64,000 nt of DNA from an uncultured Alphaproteobacteria bacterium (lineage in GTDB: Bacteria > Pseudomonadota > Alphaproteobacteria > Rhizobiales > Xanthobacteraceae). The position numbers were made by a program, and so were the translations under genes. This document shows positions 35,722 to 44,662 of this stretch, in pieces. Every line of letters starts with the position of its first letter. Position 1 is the first letter of the stretch. The notes under the pieces were generated by a model, which had not been told where the DNA came from, made no database searches, and was given only the letters and a program-made list of their open reading frames with translations. The DNA is taken from assembly GCA_963775515.1 (NCBI GenBank), contig CAVZIQ010000003.1, forward strand, positions 198,308-262,307, written 5' to 3'.

Positions 35722-36503
35722 ACGAACACGCAAACCCCAACCTTGCGAAGTCAGTGTCGCTGTCGCAAGCCGCCGACGAGCTCGAAGAGCAGATGATGCA
35801 CGAGCTTGGCGAGCGCATCGCCACCAAATCGGTGTTATTCGGCATGGCCGACGGCAAGGTCGAGATGGCGAGCGGCCCGGCGCTCAAAGCCGCCAATCCC
35901 GATAAGTACTTTTTGATGGGCGCCGATCCCCGCCTGCCGAAAATGCCGGCGAAACCGACCCTGATCGATTTCTTCAACAACCGCTTCGCCTCGCTCAATC
36001 ATCTTTTGCAAAGCGCGACGCATGCGCTCAAGGGCGGCCACAGCGAAAAGGTGGTGCTCGCCTGCCTGTTGCACGACATCGGCGTCGCCGGGTTCATCCG
36101 CTGCGACCACGGCTATTGGGGCGCGCAGATGATCGAGCCCTATGTCGACGAGGAGGTGAGCTGGGCGGTGCGCATGCACCAGGCGCTGCGCTTCTTCCCC
36201 GATCCGTCGGTCGGCTACGAATATCCGGAAATGTACGTCAGATATTTCGGCGCCGATTATAAGCCGGAGCCCTATATCGTTGCGGAATACGAGCGCGCGC
36301 GGAACCACAAGTTCTACATGACGTCGCGGATGATCACGGTGAACGACATCTATTCGTTCGATCCCAACGCCAAGGTCGATCTCAACGACTTCGTCGACAT
36401 CATCGGCCGCAATTTCAAGCAGCCGAAAGAAGGCCTCGGCTTCGACAACTCGCCGTCGGCGCATATGTGGCGCACGCTGATGTGGCCGACGCGGTTTTTG
36501 TAA
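35718..36503 (+). CDS. HD-domain-like metal-dependent protein of unknown function
   Basis: 'HSEKVVLACLLHDIGV...CDHGYWGAQMIEPYV...AVRMHQAL' is an H..HD..H..H spacing. Its ATG overlaps the CoxS-like stop (ATGA). Confidence 0.65.
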   Translation: MNEHANPNLAKSVSLSQAADELEEQMMHELGERIATKSVLFGMADGKVEMASGPALKAANPDKYFLMGADPRLPKMPAKPTLIDFFNNRFASLNHLLQSATHALKGGHSEKVVLACLLHDIGVAGFIRCDHGYWGAQMIEPYVDEEVSWAVRMHQALRFFPDPSVGYEYPEMYVRYFGADYKPEPYIVAEYERARNHKFYMTSRMITVNDIYSFDPNAKVDLNDFVDIIGRNFKQPKEGLGFDNSPSAHMWRTLMWPTRFL

Positions 36504-36508
36504 TCACT

Positions 36509-36621
36509 TCCCCTCCCCCTTGTGGGGAGGGGTAGGGGTGGGGGTCGTGAGGTAGTTGGCAAACGTCGACGCTCGTAGTCGCCTCCCGACCCCCACCCCT
36601 GCCTCCCCACAAGGGGGAGGG
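36509..36621. repeat. G/C-tract inverted-repeat element (TCCCCTCCCCCTTGTGGGGAGGGGTAGGGGTGGGGGTCG ... CGACCCCCACCCCTGCCTCCCCACAAGGGGGAGGGA)
   Basis: Arms of about 37 nt, nearly perfect reverse complements, flanking a 39-nt centre. Intergenic. Confidence 0.85.
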
Positions 36622-36628
36622 AGAAAAA

Positions 36629-39025
36629 ATGAAGATCGCGGACGACCAGCCGTCCGGCCTTAGCGCGCTCGACCGGCCGAATTCCTATATCGGCCGCTCG
36701 GTGCCGCGGCCGAATCTGGCGCGGCTGACCCAGGGGCGCGGTCAATACGTCACCGACGTCGTGCTGCCGCGCATGGTGCATGTCGCCTTCGTGCGTTCGC
36801 CGCACGCCCATGCCCGCATCAAAAACATCGAAACCGTCGACGCCAAGAAGTCGCCCGGCGTCGTCGCGGTGGTCACCGGCGCGGAACTCGCCAAGGTGAT
36901 CACGCCGTGGGTCGGCGTACTCACCCATCTCAAGGGCATCAAGTCGGCGCCGCAGCACGCCATCGCCATCGAGCGCGCTTGTTGGCAAGGCGAGGCGGTC
37001 TGCGCCGTCGTCGCCCGCAGCCGCGCCGAAGCGGAAGACGCTTGCGCGCTGGTCGCGGTGGACTACGAACCGCTGCCCAGCGTCACCGACCCGGAAACGG
37101 CGCTCGATGCGAACACGCCGGTCATCCACCCCGAGCTTGGCGACAATCTCACCTTCGAGCGCGTTCTCAACGCCGGCGAACCGGATAAGGGCTTCGCCGA
37201 AGCCGACGCCGTGGTCGAGACGACATTTATCTTCGGCCGCCACACCGGCGTCACCAACGAGCCGCGCGCCATCGTCGCCGACTGGAATCCGGGAGAGCAA
37301 CGTCTCACGGTCTATCAAGGCACGCAGGCGCCGCACATGACGCAGAACCTGTTCGCCAAGCACCTCGATCTCGAGGAAAACCAGGTGCGTGTCCTTACCA
37401 AGGACGTCGGCGGCTCGTTCGGCATCAAGGTGCACATCTATGCCGACGAGATGGCGACGGCGGCGCTGGCGAAACTCCTCAAGCGGCCGGTCAAATTCGT
37501 CGCCGACCGCCTGGAAAGCTTCGTCACCGACATTCATGCGCGCGATCATCGCGTTAAAGCGAAAATCGGCGTCAAGCGTGACGGCACGATCACCGCGTTC
37601 GAGATCGACGATCTGACCGGTATTGGACCTTATTCGGTCTATCCGCGAACCAGCGGCATCGAAGCCAACCAGGTCGTCAATCTCACCGGCGGTCCTTACA
37701 TCTGTCCGAATTACCGCGCCCGCGCCCGCGTCGTTTTCCAGAATAAGAATGTGATGTGCCAATACCGCGCCGTCGGCCACCCCATCGCGACCGCGGTGAC
37801 GGAAGGCCTGGTCGAGCTTGCGGCGGCGAAGATCGGCATGGACCCGGCCGAGCTGCGGCGGCGCAATCTATTCCCGGATAACAAATATCCCGCCACCAGC
37901 GCCGCCGGATTGAAATTCGAAGGCCTGTCGCATCACGCCTCGCTCGACAAGATTCTCAAAATGATGGACTACGCCAAGCTGCGCGCCGAGCAGACCCGAT
38001 TGCGCCAACACGGCGTTCATCGCGGCATCGGCTTCGCCTCTTTCATCGAAGTGACCAACCCCTCCGCCGCGTTCTACGGCGTCGGCGGCGCGCGCATTTC
38101 ATCGCAGGACGGCGCCACCGTGCGGCTCGATGCGACCGGCGCGGTGTTCTGTCATTCCGGGGTGACCGAGCAAGGGCAGGGCGCCGAATCCGTGCTGGCG
38201 CAATGCGTCGCCACGTCGTTCGGCGTGCCGATCGAGCGCGTGCGCGTCATCACCGGCGACACCGACAACACGCCCTATGGCGGCGGCACCTGGGCGTCGC
38301 GCGCGGCTGGCATCGGCGGCGAGGCGGCGTGGCAGGCCGGCAAGGCGCTGCGCGGCAACGTGCTTGCCGCTGCCGCCTCGATCCTGCAGGCCGATCCGAA
38401 GGCGCTCGATATCCGCGCCGGCATCGTGGTCGACGCCGACACCGGCCGCGAGCGTATGGGCCTCGATGAAGTGGCGCGCGTCGTTTATTTCCGCCCCGAC
38501 ACGCTGCCGCCCGGTTTCCAGGCCGAGTTCGCGGTGACGCGCCATTATGTGCCGCGCGCCTGGCCGTTCGCATTCACCAACGGCGTCCAGGCGTCCTATC
38601 TCGACGTCGACATCAGGACCGGCGAGATAAAGCTGCTCAAGCACTGGTGCGTGGAGGATTGCGGCACCGTGATCAATCCGCAGCTGGTCGACGAGCAGAT
38701 ACGCGGCGGCATCGTGCAAGGCATCGGCGCCGTGTTGTTCGAGCACTGCCTCTATGACGATGACGGCCAACTCCTCAACGGCACTCTGATGGATTATCTC
38801 GTGCCGATGGCCGGCGAAATGCCCGACATCGATATCGGCCACGTCGTGACGCCGACGGCGGATTCCGAGCTTGGCGCTAAGGGCGCCGGCGAAGCCGGCA
38901 CCGCCGGCGCGCCGGCCTGCGTCATGAACGCCATCAACGACGCGCTCCGCCCGCTCGGCGCCGCGCCGATCACGGCGATGCCGATCACGCCGGAGCGCGT
39001 GCTGCAAGCGTTGCGGGCCGGGTAA
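36629..39025 (+). CDS. Molybdopterin-binding large subunit of the xanthine dehydrogenase/CoxL family (substrate unknown)
   Basis: 798 aa. 'RGQYVTDV', 'VGGSFGIK', 'GVTEQGQG', 'GAGEAGTAG'. The active-site loop reads 'CQYRAVGHP', not the CODH form I 'VAYRCSFR' or form II 'AYRGAGR'. Confidence 0.9.
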   Translation: MKIADDQPSGLSALDRPNSYIGRSVPRPNLARLTQGRGQYVTDVVLPRMVHVAFVRSPHAHARIKNIETVDAKKSPGVVAVVTGAELAKVITPWVGVLTHLKGIKSAPQHAIAIERACWQGEAVCAVVARSRAEAEDACALVAVDYEPLPSVTDPETALDANTPVIHPELGDNLTFERVLNAGEPDKGFAEADAVVETTFIFGRHTGVTNEPRAIVADWNPGEQRLTVYQGTQAPHMTQNLFAKHLDLEENQVRVLTKDVGGSFGIKVHIYADEMATAALAKLLKRPVKFVADRLESFVTDIHARDHRVKAKIGVKRDGTITAFEIDDLTGIGPYSVYPRTSGIEANQVVNLTGGPYICPNYRARARVVFQNKNVMCQYRAVGHPIATAVTEGLVELAAAKIGMDPAELRRRNLFPDNKYPATSAAGLKFEGLSHHASLDKILKMMDYAKLRAEQTRLRQHGVHRGIGFASFIEVTNPSAAFYGVGGARISSQDGATVRLDATGAVFCHSGVTEQGQGAESVLAQCVATSFGVPIERVRVITGDTDNTPYGGGTWASRAAGIGGEAAWQAGKALRGNVLAAAASILQADPKALDIRAGIVVDADTGRERMGLDEVARVVYFRPDTLPPGFQAEFAVTRHYVPRAWPFAFTNGVQASYLDVDIRTGEIKLLKHWCVEDCGTVINPQLVDEQIRGGIVQGIGAVLFEHCLYDDDGQLLNGTLMDYLVPMAGEMPDIDIGHVVTPTADSELGAKGAGEAGTAGAPACVMNAINDALRPLGAAPITAMPITPERVLQALRAG

Positions 39026-39034
39026 TTTGCCCTG

Positions 39035-39135
39035 GTCATTCCGGGGCGCCGCGAAGCGGCGAGCCCGGAATCCATAAGCACGAACGCTGGGGTTATGGAT
39101 TCCGCGCTCCTCGCTGCGCTCGGCCCCGGAATGAC
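39035..39135. repeat. About 100-bp nested-palindrome REP-like element, copy B
   Basis: Same termini (GTCATTCCGG / CCGGAATGAC) and internal CCGGAATCCATA / TATGGATTCCG dyad as 28046-28145. Confidence 0.85.
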
Positions 39136-39184
39136 GAAAAGGCTATGGTACGCCGGCACGCGAACCTCTATCTCTCACTGCCCG

Positions 39185-40600
39185 ATGTCTCCCGACCGGA
39201 AACCAAAAGTTGTCGCCATGATCGTCGGCTCGGCGATCATCATGCAGCAGATCGATTCCACCGTGATCACCACGGCGCTGCCGCAGATGGCGATCTCGCT
39301 GCACACCGATCCGATCCGACTCAGCGTCGCCGTCACCGCCTATCTCCTCAGTCTTGCGGTATTCGTGCCGGTCAGCGGCTGGGCGGCGGACCGGTTCGGC
39401 GGCCGCACCGTGTTCCGCGCGGCCATCGCGCTGTTCACGCTCGGCTCGATCCTGTGCGGGCTTTCCGGCAATGTCGTCGAGCTGACCGCGGCGCGGGTGC
39501 TGCAGGGGCTTGGCGGCGCCATGATGGTGCCGGTCGGCCGGCTTGTTCTATTCCGCAGCGTTGAGAAAACGGCGCTTATAGCCACCATGGCCTATCTACA
39601 GGTGCCGGCGCAGCTCGGCCCGGTGCTCGGGCCGCCGATCGGCGGCTTCATCACCACTTATTTTTCCTGGCGCTGGATTTTCCTGGTCAACGTTCCGCTC
39701 GGCATTCTCGGCATCGTGCTGGTGACGCTGTTCTTCGACAATCCGAAGGAAGAAACACGGCGCCCGTTCGACTATGTCGGCTTCGTGCTCACCGGCGGCG
39801 CGCTGTTCTGCATGATGTACTCGATCGAGGCGGCCGGCCGCGGCCGCGGCGACCTCGGCGAGCTCGTCTTGCTGGTGGTGCTCGGCGTGGTGATCGGCGC
39901 CCTGGCGCTGCGCCATTTGCGGCGCGCCGAACATCCCGTGCTCGACCTTTCGGTATTTCGCATCCTCACCTTCCAAACCGGCATCAGCGGCGGCTCGCTG
40001 TTCCGCGCCGGCGCCGGCACGCTGGTTTTTCTGCTGCCGCTACTCCTTCAAGTCGTGTTCGGCATGACGGCCTTTGCGTCCGGCACCATTACCTTCGCGA
40101 CCGCGGTCGGCTCGATGTCGATGAAGCTGACGGCCAAGCCGATATTGCGCCGGTTCGGCTTCCGTAAAGTCATCATCGTCAACAGCGTGATCAGCGCGGG
40201 CACCATCGCCATGTGCGCCTTCTTTACCGCGCGGACGCCGGTGCTGCTGATTTTCGTCCTCCTCCTGATCGCCGGCTTCTTCCAATCGCTGCAGTTCACC
40301 GCGACGCAGGCGATGAGCTATGCCGACATCGAGCAACCGCAGATGTCGACGGCGACCAGCATTTTGAGCATGTCGCAGCAGTTGAGCCGCGGTTTCGGCA
40401 TCGCGCTGGCGGCGGCGCTGCTGCATTGGTCGCTTGCCGTGCGCGGCGCGACCGCGCTCGGCACCGTCGATTTCGTGGTGGCGTTCGGCGGCGCGGCGCT
40501 GTTGGCGCTGGCCAATCTGCCGTTCGGCTGGGTGCTGCACCACGATGCCGCCGCATCGGTCAGCGGCCACCGGGCGCAAATCAGCGACCGCATCGCTTAA
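39185..40600 (+). CDS. MFS transporter, 14-TM DHA2/EmrB-like
   Basis: 'IMQQIDSTVITTALPQMA', 'GWAADRFGGR', 'LQGLGGAMMVPVGR'. Start at the ATG at 39185, outside the REP element. Confidence 0.85.
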   Translation: MSPDRKPKVVAMIVGSAIIMQQIDSTVITTALPQMAISLHTDPIRLSVAVTAYLLSLAVFVPVSGWAADRFGGRTVFRAAIALFTLGSILCGLSGNVVELTAARVLQGLGGAMMVPVGRLVLFRSVEKTALIATMAYLQVPAQLGPVLGPPIGGFITTYFSWRWIFLVNVPLGILGIVLVTLFFDNPKEETRRPFDYVGFVLTGGALFCMMYSIEAAGRGRGDLGELVLLVVLGVVIGALALRHLRRAEHPVLDLSVFRILTFQTGISGGSLFRAGAGTLVFLLPLLLQVVFGMTAFASGTITFATAVGSMSMKLTAKPILRRFGFRKVIIVNSVISAGTIAMCAFFTARTPVLLIFVLLLIAGFFQSLQFTATQAMSYADIEQPQMSTATSILSMSQQLSRGFGIALAAALLHWSLAVRGATALGTVDFVVAFGGAALLALANLPFGWVLHHDAAASVSGHRAQISDRIA

Positions 40601-40667
40601 GTTGCACTTGCTTCCGCTCTTGTTCGCACTCGACGGCCTTCTACAATGACCGTGGAGGAAACGCGCT

Positions 40668-41867
40668 ATGAGCGGCCGGAAAGACGAACAGGTTCTCATC
40701 GTCGGCGGCGGCATCGGCGGGCTTGCCGCCGCATTGGCGTTGTCGCGCAGGGGCATCCCGTCGCGAGTCATCGAGCAGACGGCCGAGTTCAAGGAGATCG
40801 GCGCCGGCATCCAGCTCGGTCCCAACGTATTCTGGATGTTCGACGTCCTTGGCTTGATCGAGCCGATCAGCGCGCTCGCGGTGTTTCCCAACAACCTGAT
40901 CATGATGGACTCGGTCACCGGCGAGGAAGTCACGCGCATTCCGCTCGGCGATGCGTTTCGCAAAAAATTCCATCATCCCTACGCGCTCATTCATCGCGCC
41001 GATCTGCACAATGTGCTGCTCGAAGCCTGCCGCCAATCCAATCTCATCCGGCTCGACGCTTCGCAAAAGGTCGTCACGGTCGACGAGACGCAGGCCGGCG
41101 TTGCGGTGAAGACCGAAAGCGGCAAGGATTATCGCGGCGCCGCCTTGATCGGCGCCGACGGGCTGTGGTCGAGCATCCGGCAAATGCTGGTCGGCGATGG
41201 CAAGCCCAAGCCCGCCGGCCACATCACCTATCGCGCCGTGCTGCCGACCTCGGAAATGCCGGAGAAGTTCCGCTGGCGCGACATGGTGCTGTGGGCCGGC
41301 GAGAAGGTGCATCTTGTGCATTATCCGCTGCGTACCGGCGAACTGTTCAATCTCGTCGCGGTGTTTCATTCCAACCGTTACGAGGAGGGCTGGGACAGCT
41401 TTGGCGACCCGGCCGAACTGCACGAGCGCTTCGCCAAGACCTGCGAGCCGGTGCGCACGCTGCTTAACAAGATCGAAAGCTGGCGCATGTGGGTGTTGTG
41501 CGACCGGCCGCCGATCAAGGAGTGGAGCCGCGGCCGCATCACGCTTCTCGGCGATGCCGCGCACCCCATGCTGCAATATCTGGCGCAGGGCGCCTGCATG
41601 GCGATCGAGGACGCGGTGTGCCTCGCCGGTCAAGTCGTGGCGGCAAACGGCGATTACGCTGCGGCGTTCCGCGCCTATCAGCAGGCGCGCTATCTGCGCA
41701 CCGGCCGCGTCCAGATTATGGCGCGCGTCTATGGCGAGTTCTATCACGCCTCCGGCGTCGCCAAGGAATTGCGCAACACGATGCTGTCGTCGCGGACGCC
41801 GGACGACGCCATGGCCGGGATGGAATGGCTCTACGGCGAGCAGAAGGAATTAACGCGAGCGGCGTGA
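40668..41867 (+). CDS. FAD-dependent aromatic-ring hydroxylase (3-hydroxybenzoate 6-hydroxylase / salicylate hydroxylase family)
   Basis: 'VLIVGGGIGGLAAALAL', 'GADGLWSSIR', 'ITLLGDAAHPMLQYLAQGACMAIEDA'. Confidence 0.8.
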   Translation: MSGRKDEQVLIVGGGIGGLAAALALSRRGIPSRVIEQTAEFKEIGAGIQLGPNVFWMFDVLGLIEPISALAVFPNNLIMMDSVTGEEVTRIPLGDAFRKKFHHPYALIHRADLHNVLLEACRQSNLIRLDASQKVVTVDETQAGVAVKTESGKDYRGAALIGADGLWSSIRQMLVGDGKPKPAGHITYRAVLPTSEMPEKFRWRDMVLWAGEKVHLVHYPLRTGELFNLVAVFHSNRYEEGWDSFGDPAELHERFAKTCEPVRTLLNKIESWRMWVLCDRPPIKEWSRGRITLLGDAAHPMLQYLAQGACMAIEDAVCLAGQVVAANGDYAAAFRAYQQARYLRTGRVQIMARVYGEFYHASGVAKELRNTMLSSRTPDDAMAGMEWLYGEQKELTRAA

Positions 41868-41904
41868 TCCGCGCTGTACGAGCGGATCACGCCGCGCCGC
41901 TCCC

Positions 41905-42546
41905 TTATACGGAGCGTCGCCTGGGCCGGCGGACGGCTCTCACCGTCCCACTGCTTTCGCCGCCGCAAAAGAACCGATCGCCACCATCCAACTCCAGCCC
42001 CGACACACCGGCTCCTGGCGGCATATCGAGTGTTTCCAGGACTTCGCCGGTGTGAGGATCGACGCGCCGTAAATCGCTCTCGTCGCCTTCCAAAGTGCCG
42101 TGCCAGAGTTCGCCGTCGACCCAGGTGACTCCCGTGACGAAGCGATTGGATTCGATGGTGCGAAGAACCGCCCCTGTGTCGGGATCGATTTGATGGATCT
42201 TCCGGTTGCGATATTGCCCCATCCAGAGCGTTCCTTCGGCCCACGCAAGCCCCGATCCGGCGCCCCCGGGCGCGGGTATAGTGCTGAGCACGCGGCCGGT
42301 CTTCGGATCGATCTTCTGGATGCTCTCGCCCGACAGCTGGAACAGGTGGTGACCGTCGAAGGCCGTTCCTGCATGCGCGGCGACATCGATCGCGCGGACT
42401 TTCTCGCCACTTTTGGGGTCGAGTGCGTTCAGCTTGTCTCCCGACGCAAACCAGACGTGATGGCCGTCGTATGTGACTCCAGCGACGTGTTCGACACCAG
42501 GAAAGGGGCCGTATTCGCGAATTATTTCGGCTGTCGCTCGTTTCAT
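41905..42546 (-). CDS. Beta-propeller-like repeat protein (glutamine cyclotransferase-like), function unknown
   Basis: Repeated 'DG..W......I..IDP.TG.V' blocks. GAGGA Shine-Dalgarno before the ATG at 42546. Confidence 0.55.
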   Translation of the reverse strand: MKRATAEIIREYGPFPGVEHVAGVTYDGHHVWFASGDKLNALDPKSGEKVRAIDVAAHAGTAFDGHHLFQLSGESIQKIDPKTGRVLSTIPAPGGAGSGLAWAEGTLWMGQYRNRKIHQIDPDTGAVLRTIESNRFVTGVTWVDGELWHGTLEGDESDLRRVDPHTGEVLETLDMPPGAGVSGLELDGGDRFFCGGESSGTVRAVRRPRRRSV

Positions 42547-42616
42547 GAGTCGATCCTCGATCATGATCCCGAAAAGCAGGCACCGGTTTTCGGATAAGAT
42601 CGTACTTGATCGAAAT

Positions 42617-43837
42617 CTAGCCTCTCGGGAGCGAGCCCGGGAGTAACAAGGTTGTCGTGAATCCCGGTACCGGCCGGGTTATCCAGCGACGTGCGCGGCC
42701 GCGACCGTACGACTGCACCTTGCCTGCTGTCGCGAGTGAGTCGAGCGCGCGCTGCACAGTGCGCGCGCTGGCTCCAAGCGCAAGAGACAGTGCCGAGCTC
42801 GACCACGATTCGCCGTCCGCGAGGAAGGCAACCACAGAAGCATGCTGATCTTCGACCGGCGGCGCCAGCACGACAACCTTGCGCGCGGCCCGCGACACCA
42901 GGGCAAAACCCAGCGTCGTCGCGCTGACGTCCGCGAGAGGTCTAAGTTTAAAGCGAAGCCGCCCGACTTCGACGCGCAGTCGCGCGCGATGCAATTCGTC
43001 CGCGTGCTTCGCTCGGAAAGCGCGGGCGAGGAGCGCGCTCCTCGAAACGTCCGCGGGCCAGGCTTCACCGAGCGCGCGCACCAGTGTGAACAATATCGGG
43101 CGCGTCGTGAGCGAGACCACGGTGCCGGCATCGCGCACGACATGGCGGCACGCGTCTACGACGAGCGTTCCCGAGGCCAGCAGCGCTTCGACCTCCTCAA
43201 GCAGGATGAGCCGCTCCTCGCCCGACGCAATCAACCGCGCGGCAGGTGTGTTCAGAACATGGGCAGTCCTTTCAATTTCCGCCATGAGCGCAGGGATGCC
43301 CGCATTACGCGCGGCACGCTCAGCCTCGGCAAGCGCGGCGCGTGCTGTCTTGATTTGCAGGCGCCGAATCGCAACGCCGGCGACCACCATTTCGTGGGCA
43401 GCCCGCAACGCCGGCGGCAAGGGCGTGGCATCGAACTTCACCAGCGCGCGTTCGGCCTCGTCGAGGCGCCCGATCAGCAGAAGGCGCCGGATCTCGAGAT
43501 GCCGCGCGTGGGTGGCGTTCGCGCGGTCGCCGTGCCGCTCGAGCGCCGCCCGCGCCGCCTCGAGTGCCTTTGCGGAAAAGCTCAAGTCGCGAGAGACGAG
43601 TGCTATCTCGGCCTCGGCAACGATGCACCGCGCACGGGCCACCGCCTCCTTGGGGCCAAAGGCGCGCGCCGCTTTTCGCAACAGCGCCTTCGCGCGAACG
43701 AGGTCGCCGAGTTGCGCAATGGCGATGCCGCGAAGCGCCAGCGCCGGCGCGTCATTTCGCAGAGCGACCCGTTTCAATGCGCCGAGGGGGTCGCCCGTCG
43801 CCAGTGCATGCGCTGCGGCAGCGATCAGCGAGTCCAT
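42617..43837 (-). CDS. Putative transcriptional regulator: helical (TPR-like) N-terminus, central OmpR/PhoB-type winged helix, C-terminal HTH
   Basis: Central 'VVSLTTRPILFTLVRALGEAWPADVSRSALLARAF...LRVEVGRLRFKL'. C-terminal 'LSLALGASARTVQRALDSLATAGKV'. The overlapping opposite-strand ORFs are Arg-rich junk. Confidence 0.55.
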   Translation of the reverse strand: MDSLIAAAAHALATGDPLGALKRVALRNDAPALALRGIAIAQLGDLVRAKALLRKAARAFGPKEAVARARCIVAEAEIALVSRDLSFSAKALEAARAALERHGDRANATHARHLEIRRLLLIGRLDEAERALVKFDATPLPPALRAAHEMVVAGVAIRRLQIKTARAALAEAERAARNAGIPALMAEIERTAHVLNTPAARLIASGEERLILLEEVEALLASGTLVVDACRHVVRDAGTVVSLTTRPILFTLVRALGEAWPADVSRSALLARAFRAKHADELHRARLRVEVGRLRFKLRPLADVSATTLGFALVSRAARKVVVLAPPVEDQHASVVAFLADGESWSSSALSLALGASARTVQRALDSLATAGKVQSYGRGRARRWITRPVPGFTTTLLLPGSLPRG

Positions 43838-44176
43838 CGGAATCCCGCCAAACTTGTCACTCTCACCATTCGATGTCGGACCCTATTCTAAACACAACGA
43901 CCAACAAATACGTCGTAGCGAGAGAAAGCCAACGTCATGCTCGACTGGACAATTCTGACCCCAACGTTTCTCACGGCCCTGGTCGAATGGACTGTAGCCG
44001 CTGTGACTGTGCTTGCCATTGGGCCTGGCGCCCCAATGGCCGTAGACGATGCTGAAGAACAGGGTTTGCGGTGATCTCCGGAGCCGGGGGTGAACCCCGT
44101 CACACTTGTCACTCCCGTTGTTTCCATATCGGCCTTACGTCTGCCTGCGATCGACAACACGGAACGGAGAACGGTT

Positions 44177-44620
44177 ATGCCTGACATTCTGCATAAGGTT
44201 GGAATCAAATCGTCGTCGCTGGACAATGTCTATAAGGCATTGGCTACCGTCGAAGGTCTTTCTCGCTGGTGGACAAGCGACACGCAGGGCGAGAGCAAGG
44301 TTGGCGGCGTGCTGCAATTCCGCTTCGGCGCGGGCGGTTTCGACATGAACGTTCTCGAGCTTAAGCCTGGCAAGCGGGTTCTGTGGCAGGTGGTCGACGG
44401 GCCGGAAGAATGGCTCGGTACAAAAATCAGCTTCGACCTCAAACAGAACGGCGACTGGATCATTGTTCTGTTCAAGCACCAGGGTTGGAAGGAGCCCGTG
44501 GAGTTCATGCATCACTGCAGTACCAAATGGGCGGTCTTCCTGCTGAGCCTCAAAGCGCTCCTTGAAACCGGCAAAGGCGCGCCCTGGCCGAACGAGATCA
44601 AGCTCGACGCTTGGGAATAG
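44177..44620 (+). CDS. SRPBCC/AHSA1-family protein
   Basis: 'VYKALATVEGLSRWWT...VGGVLQFRF..G...VLELKPGKRVLWQV'. GGAGA Shine-Dalgarno before the ATG at 44177. Confidence 0.75.
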   Translation: MPDILHKVGIKSSSLDNVYKALATVEGLSRWWTSDTQGESKVGGVLQFRFGAGGFDMNVLELKPGKRVLWQVVDGPEEWLGTKISFDLKQNGDWIIVLFKHQGWKEPVEFMHHCSTKWAVFLLSLKALLETGKGAPWPNEIKLDAWE

Positions 44621-44662
44621 CCGAAGCGCCGACCAACAGCGAGCGATGCGACGGAGGGAGCG

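Noticed and set aside
36415-36612. ORFs encoded inside repeat elements (36415..36612(-), 38794..39159(-), 28024..28362(-), and the N-terminal extension of 39095..40600).
   Set aside because: They consist of translated palindromic repeat sequence, and similar pseudo-peptides arise at each copy. Not independent genes.
43937-44074. 45-codon ORF 'MLDWTILTPTFLTALVEWTVAAVTVLAIGPGAPMAVDDAEEQGLR' in the regulator/SRPBCC intergenic region.
   Set aside because: It looks like the first TM helix of a membrane-protein family, but it is truncated, has a weak Shine-Dalgarno and I cannot verify homology. Mentioned only as a possible gene remnant.
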